From the NCBI GenBank assembly GCA_002269645.1, contig NIVC01000890.1, forward strand, positions 310,001 through 374,000: DNA of 64,000 nt, given 5' to 3'. The DNA is from Macrostomum lignano. Lineage: Eukaryota. The translations under genes were made by a program, and so were the position numbers. The notes under the pieces were generated by a model. That model was not told where the DNA came from. It saw only the letters and a program-made list of their open reading frames with translations, and searched no databases. Below, in pieces: positions 22,761 through 33,959 of the stretch (within the stretch, counting starts at the first letter, position 1; the number at the start of each line of letters is the position of its first letter).

Positions 22761-24985
22761 TCAAGCAGCCTGATCGTAGTAACGAAATGTGGGCAACAGG
22801 GGCAGCCGGTTATCCTTAGACTGGTAGCGCCCGTGCAGCAGCCACTGGTGAAACTCGGCAGTTGCGTTACATTCGTACACGGGGAATTCCACCAGCTCGC
22901 GCGGAGTCTCCCACGAGCCGAGGATCAGCCGGCCGAACCTGTCAAATATTGCCCGGCGCTGTCTGAGGTGAACGCGCACAGTGGCTTGAACAAATTGCAG
23001 ATCTCGACCGATTTCTTGTTTAGCAAATTTCATTATCTTCGGCTCGCTGACTACTGACAGTAGTTCGAAGCGGTAGGACCGGTTTAGAATGTCGTCCGTC
23101 ATGCACTGGAAAAATTGATGGGAGAAAATGGTGGGAAGCTGGGATCAACTGAGGATCTGGGAGGCTGAGTGGCAAAGCCACTGAGGATTTGGGAGGCTGG
23201 TCCTGCCCAGCAACTGAGAATCTGTGAGGCTGGTCCAGAAACTGAGGATCTGGGAGGCTGGCTCAGCAACTGAGGATCTGGTAGGCTGGTCCAGAAACTG
23301 AGGATCTGGGAGGCTGGCCCAGCAACTGAGGATCTGTGAGGCTGGCCCAGCAACTGAGGATCTGTGAGGCTGGTGGACTAGCAACTGAGGATCTGGGAGG
23401 CTGGCCCAGCAACTGAGGATCTGTGAGGCTGGTGGACTAGCAACTGAGGATCTGGGAGGCTGGCCCAGAAACTGAGGATCTGGGAGGCTGGTCCAGCAAC
23501 TGAGGATCTGGGAGGCTGGCCCAGCAACTGAGGATCTGAGGCTGGTCCAGAAACTGAGGATCTGGGAGGCTGGCTCAGCAACTGAGGATCTGGTAGGCTG
23601 GTCCAGAAACTGAGGATCTAGGAGGCTGGTCCAGAAACTGAGGATCTGGGAGGCTGGCTCAGCAACTGAGGATCTGGTAGGCTGGCTCAGCAACTGAGGA
23701 TATAGGAGGCTGGTGGCCCAGCAACTGAGGATATGGGAGGCTGGCCCAGCAACTGAGAATCTGGAAGGCTGGCTCAGCAACTGAGGATCTGGTAGGTTGG
23801 CCCAGCAGCTGAGGATCTGGGAGGCTGGCACAGAAATTGAGGATCTGGGAGGCTGACTCGGCAACTGAGGATCTGGGAGGCTGGCACAGAAATTGAGGAT
23901 CTGGGAGGCTGGCTCGGCAACTGAGGATCTGGGAGGCTGGCCCAGCCACTGAGGATCTGGGAGGCTGGCCCAGCAACTGAGGATCTGGGAGGCTGGCTTA
24001 GCAACTGAGGATCTGGGAGGCTGGCCCAGCAACCGAGGATCTGGGAGGCTGGCCCAGCAACTGAGGATCTGGGAGGCTGGCTTAGCAACTGAGGATCTGG
24101 GAGGCTGGCCCAGCAACTGAGGATCTGGGAGGCTGGCCCAGCAACTGAGGATCTGGGAGGCTGGCTCAGCAATTGTGGATCTGTGAGGCTGACCCGGCAA
24201 ATGAGGATCTGGGAGGCTGGCCCGGCAAATGAGGATCTGGGAGGCTGGCCCGGCAAATAAGGATTTGGGAGGTTTAGCAAAGCTCTTAAGCAAAAATTAA
24301 CAAGAAAGCATTGAATCATCTATTTATACCTTGAATCCTCGCGGTGTCAAATGATTTTCAAGTAGATTTTCGGCATTCTTATTAAGACTGAAATGTGTTG
24401 AGATTGAAATCAGTTCAAGATGAATAACACAGAAGTTTTAGCAAAAAAGGAAGCAATACGGCAGCAGAGCCGATATACTCACTCCTGCAGCTGCTCATTA
24501 ACAGACACATAGTCATCCTGCAACAGGCGGGCCAGCTCCTCCTTGCCACCGCTAGGAATCAGATCATTATTCTTCAATAGATTCTCCGCCTCTCTATGCG
24601 AACTTTTCGGCTTCTTCTGGTCCCAGAGTCTGGCGGTTTTATTCACCAGACTGCGCAGGCCGCTGCCCTCTACAGCGTCAGCTTCTTCCATTGGTTCGAA
24701 GATCCGATCGGATGACCGATGGAACAGGCTGCCGTGCAGGAATGGCAGAGTCTGTATCTGACTGTGCGACTGCATCAGTTTAATTCGATCTGGCATACTG
24801 CGCTGCCGGCCGAATTCATCTTCAAACCAAACGCTGGGCCGATTGCGCAGCTCCGGCCCGAATTCGTGCACTCTTAATTGGCGAATTATTTTAAAGCGCG
24901 GATGCCATGGCTTGTGGCGAGCGTAGCGGACTGGCTGGAAACCTAGCAGGATTCGGCCGCAGCCAATACAGGAGGAGGCTGAGGC
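22761..24985 (-). CDS. MRPL45: Mitochondrial ribosomal protein mL45 (Tim44-like domain); exons 24985-24483, 24387-24330, 23105-22761
   Basis: WHPRFK, IFEP, KKPKS and QATVRVHLRQRRAIFDRFGRLILGS match mL45. A 58-nt middle exon absent from the ORF track (D-LNKNAENLLENHLTPRGFK) restores the phases (2 then 0) with GT-AG sites. No ATG in exon 1. Confidence 0.85.
23150..24270. repeat. Same 28-bp minisatellite family, filling MRPL45 intron 2
   Basis: Same unit as 21135-22495. Confidence 0.95.
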
Positions 24986-27435
24986 CTGCAAGTTAAACGA
25001 ACAGGTAGCTTGGTCAGGTATCAAAAAAGGTATTTATTATAATAGGTGTATATTTAGAGATTTCATTTAGTTGCTATCTTGGCAATTTTACATCTCAAGG
25101 TTTTTAATTCATTGAATTCCAATAATTCAGGACAAAAACTAGATTGACTAGAGGCCAATTAAACTAAAAACTATTGGACTACAGTCTTAAAATTGCATTT
25201 GAAAAAGGTAATAGGTTTTTACCTCAGAAGTATATGTTGCACTAACTTTATTTTGTAAGTATTTTATAAGCCAAGTTATTAATGCATATACTATCAATGC
25301 TTTTGTTTTCAATAAATGTATGCAATTTATTGTATAAATACACTATTACATTGAAGACTTTCTGGTACTAAAATGCAAAATTGCATCCAAGGTCTAATTT
25401 CAAGATGCAATTTGAAGTCACATTGTTATATAACTCCCCTATTCATGAATGCATAACACCCAGCTAAGCTAGCCAATCTGACTTAGCCAAGGTAAATTGC
25501 AAAAATGCCCACCCAAAAATTACTACTATTAAACAAAACAATGAAAATTTTTGTTTAAATTATTTAAATCATTGTTATAAATTATTTAAATCATTGTTTA
25601 AATTATTAAACAATGAAATGTGGAAGCAGATGGATATTACCAATTTTTGTCCAATTTTTATATTGGATAAAGCTGCTCACCAAATATTGGGTACATTGTC
25701 TAATTAAATAAAGGTCAATATCAGCAGTAAGTATTAGATATTTATTTGATTTGCCTATGCATTTTGTCCATCTTAGATATCTTCAAGGTCAAAATTTATT
25801 TGAACCAAACAAAATGTATCAGCAACTCAAATAATTAACTAATACTTAATGTTGATATTGACCTTTATTTATCTACTCTTCATTAAGCGAGCCACTTTAC
25901 CTGATTTCTACATTGTCTAATTATTTTAGTTTTTTTGTCCAAATCTCAATCAATTTCTTGTCCATTTCCAATCTAGATAAGAAATGATAAGAAAAATGTA
26001 TAATCTTTCATCTAGTCTATCTAAATTGCAGTAAAAAATTGAATGCAAGGCATTTGAAACAAACAAAAAATGGCTTGCAAGGTAAAATGCACAAATTTAA
26101 GCTATACAAATGCTTTCCCTTTTATTTGCTCTTGTTTGAGGAAGATGTGCTATAGCAGCTTTGGCAAATGTAAGATGACATTAAAATCAGCAGTTATCTT
26201 AGCACTTATCTATTCTATTGAGGGTTTATTGTGATCTAGATTATAATAGAAGGCAACATTAGATGTCAAAATCAATAGACAAATGAGATAGAAGTGCATG
26301 ATATTCCTATTTACTTTCTTACATCTGCAAATGTTTCAAATATTACTAAGCTTAAAAGTGAGAATGAGTTGTAACATATGTTGTACAACCTACTTTACTC
26401 AAGATGATCAGCATATAGACTTATATCCTAGTAAACTATAGTCTCCTAGAGGCCATTCCATGGAAAATTCCAGCATGCAAGAGCCTTTGGTATCCAGTGT
26501 ATGGCATGTATTGCATATAAGACAAGAAGACTAAGCAAATTTAGACTAAACAAAGTGTAAATACATAATTTTTTTGCAATGATTTAACAAATTTTAAAGA
26601 AGTGGCAAACCTATTTTTGCAAAATTTTGAAGCTTAACATTTTATTTTTTTATAAATATAATACAAAGATATAAGTATGAATTTAAGTCAGTAAATTAAA
26701 AGTTCATATTCTAATAGACTTTTTGTTTTGATTGATGTTTCATAAAATCATCACTCAGTTTCAAAATATACTCTTTCTTGCTGTTTAGAGGTTAACCCAT
26801 AGCCTGGATCATGCTGGGTGCTCACCCAAAGAAAAATTGAATATAGAAAAATGCATGCCAAAATGTAGTATATGCCTATTCTAAAAAATATACTGGTCAT
26901 GCATTTTTGCAGCTTACCTTGGCTGGGCCCTTTGCCAGCCAGCTGGATCGACTTGGTGTTACATCTGGATGATCAATATAAGGACAAAACAAGCTTAATT
27001 ATGGTGTAAGGATTAAAATTCTATATGTGGCATATTTTTATTTTGAGAATAAAAGAAAAACTATAATTAGTTATATTTTTTAAAGGACTAATGCAAAATA
27101 ATCTACAAGAAAAATGCTAAAAATGACATATAAAGAATGAAAATCCATTGAATAGTTCAAAAGTTATGTTAATTATAACTTGGAAAATCAGACCTTTTGA
27201 GCAAAAAATGATCACATTGCTTTATGGGAAAATTGCATTATGAAAGTATAAAAAAATATGACACTAAAAGTACTTTTTTATTACTTGACCAAAATTCAAA
27301 AGTGAGGTGTCTTTTTACTCATACAAATAAGATCTATTATACTACATAGTTAAAAATAAGAAATTTAGAAGTTTATAAAAATCTCACTGGACCTCCTACT
27401 ACCATGTGACTCTGGTCTCTGGGTCATTTGCAAAA

Positions 27436-28035
27436 GGCAGTGCTTATCCCCACGGTACCATAGGAATAATTTCTGTCTTATCCCAACGGTACCGTGCGAA
27501 TAATTTTCTGCTTATCCGCATGGCACACTGAGGAGATAGCTGCCCTATCTTCTACATATGCCGTGCAAATAATTTTCTGCTTATCCGCACGGCATACTGA
27601 CGAGATAGCTGCCCTACACGTCCTCTGTTTTATTCCCTCTGCTTTACTAGCTGCCCTATCTGCTACATATATATGCTGTGCTGTGCGTGAATAGTTTATA
27701 GCTTATTGAAAGGGAATTTGAACTGAGGATACTAAGATTAAGAAGCTGTTGATCTTGATGTAAAAACTCGAATAAGTTCTAGACTAGTATATGCATGTGT
27801 AAATGCGTGTTATTCTGCTTTACTGATACCCTTCTGTATACTTATTCAACAATAATTCCACAAAGTTGTTATATTGCACTCAAATCGTATGTACTAAACT
27901 TCCCACACGGCATATATAGAAGATAGGGCAGCTATCTCGTCAGTGTGCCGTGCGGATAAGCAGAAAATTATTCGCACGGTACCGTTGGAATAAGACAGAA
28001 ATTATTCCTACGGTACCGTGGGGATAAGCACTGCC
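27436..28035. mobile_element. Non-autonomous Mutator-like MITE, 600 bp, TIRs of about 130 bp
   Basis: TIRs GGCAGTGCTTATCCCC... at 27436-27565 and 27906-28035. 9-bp TSD TTTGCAAAA / TATGCAAAA (8/9 match). Confidence 0.75.
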
Positions 28036-29479
28036 TATGCAAAAAGCTTTATTTAGGGTAGTCTAGTCTTAAAAAGCTAGTCTAGACTTGGATTTTGTAT
28101 GCAGAAACACAAAGTTGAACTGGTCTACTATAGACAGAACTAAGGTAGCTAGACCATAGACTATAGACTGAACTACCCAAGTCCGGACTAACTAGTCTGG
28201 ACTAACCTTTCTGCATACAGCTGTCTGTCAGCACTTTTATACCTTGGTATATCCTCCCTATAGAAAATTTACCTTGGTGTATCCCCCAATAGGAAATGTC
28301 TGGCTATGCCCCTGCAACTTATTCCAATAAGGCAATTTCATTAATTTAAAATATATATGGCCACTAATATAAGCTAAGTAAAATTTATAGTCTAACTACT
28401 TAAATAGTAGCAACAAAGTAAAAAAGCATTTTATAGTACTTTTATAATGATTAGATGCACTTGACTATAGTCTTTGAGAACCATTTAAAAGTAATTCTTG
28501 TTTAATTATTTTTTACTTAAAAACAGCTTTTATTTTTCAACAAGGGTTGACAAAAAGAGCAACTAAGTTGCAATGCAAAACAAAAGGATCAGGAAAGTTG
28601 CAACAAAAGCAACAAAGTCGCAAAAGGAGCAAACTAAGATACGAAAGAAATTTCTGCTTTAACGCAAACCAGTTACAGCCAAGAAGCCACGTTGGAACTT
28701 GCACATTAAAGGCAAATTGAGACGAAGACTACATATTTGATTGGCGAATACAACCAATCTACATCCTAAATTTTGCGAGTGTAAAACAACATATTTTAAT
28801 GTTTAAATTTTATCATTTTTAACAAAACTTTTTTTTATTAAACATTTTGTTTAAGAAGAAGGTAAGCAAACTGTTTATAAAGCAGAAAACTATTTAAAAA
28901 ACATTTTAATAAGATTTTACACTTAAATACTAAAATGGCTTTGCTTAAACGAATAACTAAATATATACATTGTAAATAAGCAACTAAATAATTATAATAG
29001 CAATCGAATGATCCAGGAATATTCTACCGCCGGACTATTCGTCTGCCCTGATTAAATGCAGTGGACTATTCGTCTGCCGGTGCTAAATAGTGAAGACGCT
29101 TTGGTGTTGCAGATTTGCAGACTGATTCCTGCTCTCGGAACTCAACTCGATCGGTTTTCATCTACGGTGTGGACGCACTCAATCGTCTTCTGCTTGAGAC
29201 TGACCAGGAGTCCCCCGTTTCCCTCCCTAGCGTCAACTGCTATTACAGTATCCATGCATCGAGATCTTTTACTTGCCAATTCCTCTGAATGTGCAGGTTG
29301 GACATGCAGCTCCGAGTTATAATAGATTTATCGTAAAACGATCCAAATGCAACCCAAAAAATCGTTTTTGTCCTATTTGCATGTACATGTATAATTAAAG
29401 TCGTACTTCATGTATACGAGCTAACAAAATTTAACTATAAATGCGACTTCAGGGCTTATATAAGAGCGTAGAGCTGATT

Positions 29480-30485
29480 ATAGCTACTAAAAATGCGCAA
29501 ATTACACTTACATGTAGTAAACAACATTTTATTAGAATTTTTAAGGTTATTTTTGCATGCTACACACAGTACACACACATGTGCATATTTATGCGCAGTT
29601 ATATATGTAATGCAGACCGTCATATTTTCAAAGAAAATTTTCTGTGCCAAACAATTTCCCATGAGTGCAAAATTCACATGAACACAACAATGACATACAG
29701 TGTAATTGTCAACTTAAAATCATTGTTAGGAAGACTGTGGTTGTCTTCAGTTGAGGTGGACCCGACAAGGGCCGTTTTAGCGAAAGCAAGTGCCATTTCT
29801 ATAATATTGTTAATTTGATGGTCTCGTACTCTAACGTCTGCTTATAGTAATGCCCAAGGAATTTTAACAACATTGCGTGTCGACGTTCGTAAAGCCTATG
29901 TACAATGCGATCGATAATTCCTGTTTTTCAAGTTGGTTTTTCGCGCCGGCCAATAGGAAAGCCGCGCATAATTATGCTAGCCTGAAATTAAGCTTTGTCG
30001 TGCACCCACCCCCAGCCCGCTCGTTATTATAGTCCTGTCTGGCTTGGGGCGCCCCGGGGTTAGTCCTTGTTTTCCGGCCGGCGATCTCTCGCTCTCCCTC
30101 TCCGCTGCGAATAAATATCTGCGTTTCGTTTGAGCGTAGCGCTGGTCGGATGCTTTTTATATCTGGCTCTCGATCGGCCAGTATACCGGGTATGCAGTAA
30201 TCTGATATAGCTAGCTGCTAAATGCGCAAAATAACACTTACAGAGTAAACAATTTACATTTTATTTAGAATTTTCTAGGAAAATTTGGCATGTAGCTACG
30301 CAGTACACACACATGCATATATGTATGATAAATGGTTCATATATGTTTATATGCAGACCGCCATATTTTAAAAGAAACTTTCTGTGCTAATATACAATTG
30401 GAATTCCTAATGAGTGCTAAATTCCCTGCATGAACACAACAATACTAAGGCGTATATTTTCAACTTAAATCATTGGTAGGATGAC
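29480..30485. repeat. Diverged direct repeat of about 260-280 bp (29480-29735 and 30206-30485) flanking a GC-rich segment
   Basis: Shared blocks such as AAATGCGCAAA, CAGTACACACACATG, TGCAGACCG, ATGAACACAACAAT and CAACTTAAA. Confidence 0.6.
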
Positions 30486-31316
30486 ATCTCATTACGAACC
30501 CCTTAAATGCAATGTACACAAAAAACTCATAGAAAGAGGTGATATATAATTAAAGCTGACGATAGCAATTCAGCTGTTACAATTTCTGATATATTATAAT
30601 ATATTGATTGTGTAGCTGAATGAGCTATTGCGGATATCGACCTTTGAAAAATATCGACTGAATATATTTGTAAAAGTTAAATATTAAATCGAGGTAAACG
30701 GCCTTTATTAAAGAAAAAAAGTTTTTTTGCACTTGTTATAATAGTGTTGCTAGAACTTTTGAAAGCAAGCGAATGAAAATTATATTCACTATAAAAAATA
30801 AAATTAGTAAATAGGCTCATGCTGGCCGAAAGAATGGGAAAAAGTATGCAATGGATTTGCCCTTATACAATTGTAAATAATTCCAAAAAATATTGCGATT
30901 CTATTGCAATAATCGAATTTAATGCACTTAAAAAGATAATAAGATTAATAGAAAAATACTGCCGTTATTGATTCTTTTTATGAGTTAAAAATCGAAAACT
31001 CCTCCGAAAAGCCAGAAATTCGGAAAAAATCAACGTTCAGTTTGAGCAAATAGCTTTGTTACAACAAACTAGTAAAGTACACTTCCTAGGTTAATTTTGG
31101 TTCAATTATTATTTTCTCTTTTTTCATAACGATATAGATAATCTAAAAAATTTTTTCGTGCAATTCCTTTCGTAGCATAAGGCAACTTCATGTTACACTG
31201 TAACTTCAAAATAGATTTCCCAGATACTAAAGATTTATATACTATAATTAGATGTAGATCGAGTGTTACAGAACAGCTTAAGCATGCATTCAACTGCATC
31301 AGCAGGTTGCAGTAAT

Positions 31317-33387
31317 TCACCGCCTTCGTAAGATGTTGAATAAATGAACAGAAAACGACACAATACAAAGTAAATTCTTGCAAAAACTCAGAAAACGGAA
31401 TTCATCAGCGAGATGCCAAAGCTGCACCAGCGTGTTCATGGCGTGGTGCGGCGAATTCACCACGGGCGACACAAACATTCTTATTGTGTCGAGATGGAAA
31501 CAAAAATAAAAGCAGACTGAAACAGCCAGCAGAATCCAGACAATATGGTCGAAAATCGGCATTTTTTGTTGCGCTCCGACTTGTAAGTGTGGGCTGCTCT
31601 GCCTCTGCATCATCCGTGTAAAATGAACATCGTCTGTTGTCTGCAATCGCTTTTCGTCCTTAAGTTTCCTGGCTCTCTCCAGACAGAAATTCACGTGGTT
31701 CTGACTGTCGCTGAACTCAGTCAGTGTGCGCAGCTCCTCAAAATCCTCGCTGCCAGGACTGTCCTGAAGCTCCTGGAACCAGCTGTCAGTTTGTGACTTC
31801 CTGGAGTCGGCAAGAAGCTCAGCTCCGAGACTCCACCAGAGGCAGCGGAAGTTCACGTACAGGTGGGTCGGTCCTCGCTCCGGTCTCTTGACGCAGATCA
31901 GGGATCTGGAGAACTCGGGCAGAAACTCCATCTCCGGCAGGTTGTGGTGAATGAAGCAGAACCGCCACAGCCAGTCCGATGTGATTTCGTCAAGGTGGCG
32001 CACATTTTCAGGCGACAGAGATCTGAGAACCTTGAGCTGAATTTGTCGCTGCAGAAGCTGTTTGGCTGTGCTCTCATCTTTGGATTTCAAGTGAGCCATG
32101 GCCATGAGACACAGCTTGGCCATCATACAGCAGTCTGGCAGTCGCTCTGCTTGACTCAGCAAGGCTTCTTTGTCCCAAATTTCAGAGCGCAGCTCACCGA
32201 GAATTTCGAACACGATGCAGTAGATGTGAGCGAACTTGTCTTGCTTAACTTCCTCCTCATCTGGAGGCACTGTCAGAGGCAGCAGGGCGAACGGGTGGAA
32301 GTGGAAGACGTCAGATTCCAACGGACTCACGGTCTCGAGAAGGTGCCGTTCTACAATCTCGATGTTGTTCTTAATCTCAATCAGTTTTTCAAGGATTTCA
32401 ACTTTTGATTTCAAAAAGGGGCCGCCGATTCCAGCATTTTTGACATATAAAAATGCGCCAGGAATGAAGAAGTGCGGCATACAAATGTCAGTACAGCCTT
32501 TGGCTTCCATCAGTTCAATCATCGTGTTTAAAGCCTTTGCTAGCAGGCTCCTGAGGTTCTCCCGACTCCACTTGTCGCTAGGAAAAGTATGCAGAATGAA
32601 GAATATCAAAGTTCTAGCATGGTATGTCTTAAGCCCGGAGAGATGATACACTCTTGGTAAAAGCCTCTTAAAGATGAACTTGATGAGCACGAATAGCTGA
32701 CCCTGGGTCTCGCTCAGGCCTCTCATGATCTTCTTCTCATGAAAGCTGAAACTCACTCTCATCTCGTTGTCTGAGTTAGGTCTGGTTGCAGTCACCAGGT
32801 GCACCTCCATCGCTAATGCACCTGCTGGAAGCAGCTTCTGAACTCTCTTTGGGTGAATGAGACTGCCACAGCACTGGTACGCATGGCATGTGTCTTCAGC
32901 AGATCGAACTCCGCAAGCGTCCGCTGCCACCGCCGGCTGGCTTCCTGGAACAGGAATTCCGGAGCGGTTTGCGAATCCAATTTTGTTATATTATTAGTTT
33001 ATTAGCTGATTAGCTACTTACCTGCAGGGGACTGTATCTGTGCGTGACCATCAATGATGCTTTGGTTTTAGCCTCACCACATCGGCAACTGCCCTCAAGA
33101 TGAAACACCAGCTGCATATTTTTGTCTTCATCTTCCTCTTGTGAGCCAACGATGACTGTCCAGTCAATGTCGGAGTCGGCAGCGGTCAGTCCATTCACCT
33201 GCTTCAGACTGTTGCCCCATCCGTCTGCGTAGCTGCCAGTCATGCTCCTGCCGTCTTTGGTGATGATGCCAGCCAGGGTCTCCAAAAAGTCAGCCAATCT
33301 CTGCTGCTGCTTGGCCCGCTCGCGAGTGAAGCCAGCGCTGCTGAGAATTCTGCTCAGACTTTCACCGCGCGTCAGGTTTCCGGGACT
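31317..33387 (-). CDS. cGAS-like receptor (Mab-21 nucleotidyltransferase) paralog 1; exons about 33387-33022 and 32944-31317; 1-nt frameshift near 33065; C-terminal hydrophobic segment
   Basis: TGSYADG...DSDIDW (GS and DxD), third acidic residue in EDTCHAY, and Mab-21 C-lobe motifs RVSFSFHEK, LIKFI, LKTYHAR and MPHFFIP. The start is uncertain because there is no ATG. Confidence 0.8.
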
Positions 33388-33959
33388 CTGTAGGATTTCG
33401 CTGTAGATAGGCCAGCAGTTGGAGGAAGAATTCGTGAGAGGTATTCAATACAGCATGCTCAGAGAACGGACTCATCAATGAGCTCAATGTAAATTAATCC
33501 CATGAGCCTAATCATAAAATATCATTCATAGTCATCGAACAGGAAAGACGTCGAAGAGCACTTCATCAAGACTAAGGCAAGTCAAAGACAATGATAAGCC
33601 TCACTCACTAAAATCCACAGGAAAAAACAAAATTTCACTCAAAGTCCCATGAAGTTCGTCAAGACTATGTTGCTTTGATACTTTGGTGCTGTGAGAGAAA
33701 AGTAAGACGCTACTTTGGATTAAAGACAGAAAAGTTGAGTACAGTGGTTTAGAAGTTTTAGCAAAATATTTTTAATGAACCGTTTGATCTCTTGGGGTTG
33801 TAAATTTTGCCAAATTGAATCTGGCAGTAAAGTGCCTATTATTGCCTATTGCCTATTCAGGTCTAAAGAAATAAAAGTGACTTCACAGAAAAAGAGGGAC
33901 TCATTGAAAAATATGGACTCCTCCACCCTTAATATCAAGAAATCGTCAAATCGAAATAC

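Noticed and set aside
23365-23720. Chi-like GCTGGTGG in the MRPL45 array
   Set aside because: A one-base variant of the unit; Chi has no established role in animals.
21067-24319. [18 protein letters not shown]-type ORFs
   Set aside because: Translation of the 28-bp minisatellite; the true MRPL45 splice sites bypass them.
29056-29322. Possible orphan plus-strand exon (TTTGCAG|ACT...RSVFIYGVDALNRLLLE...TGA)
   Set aside because: No partner exons or recognisable family.
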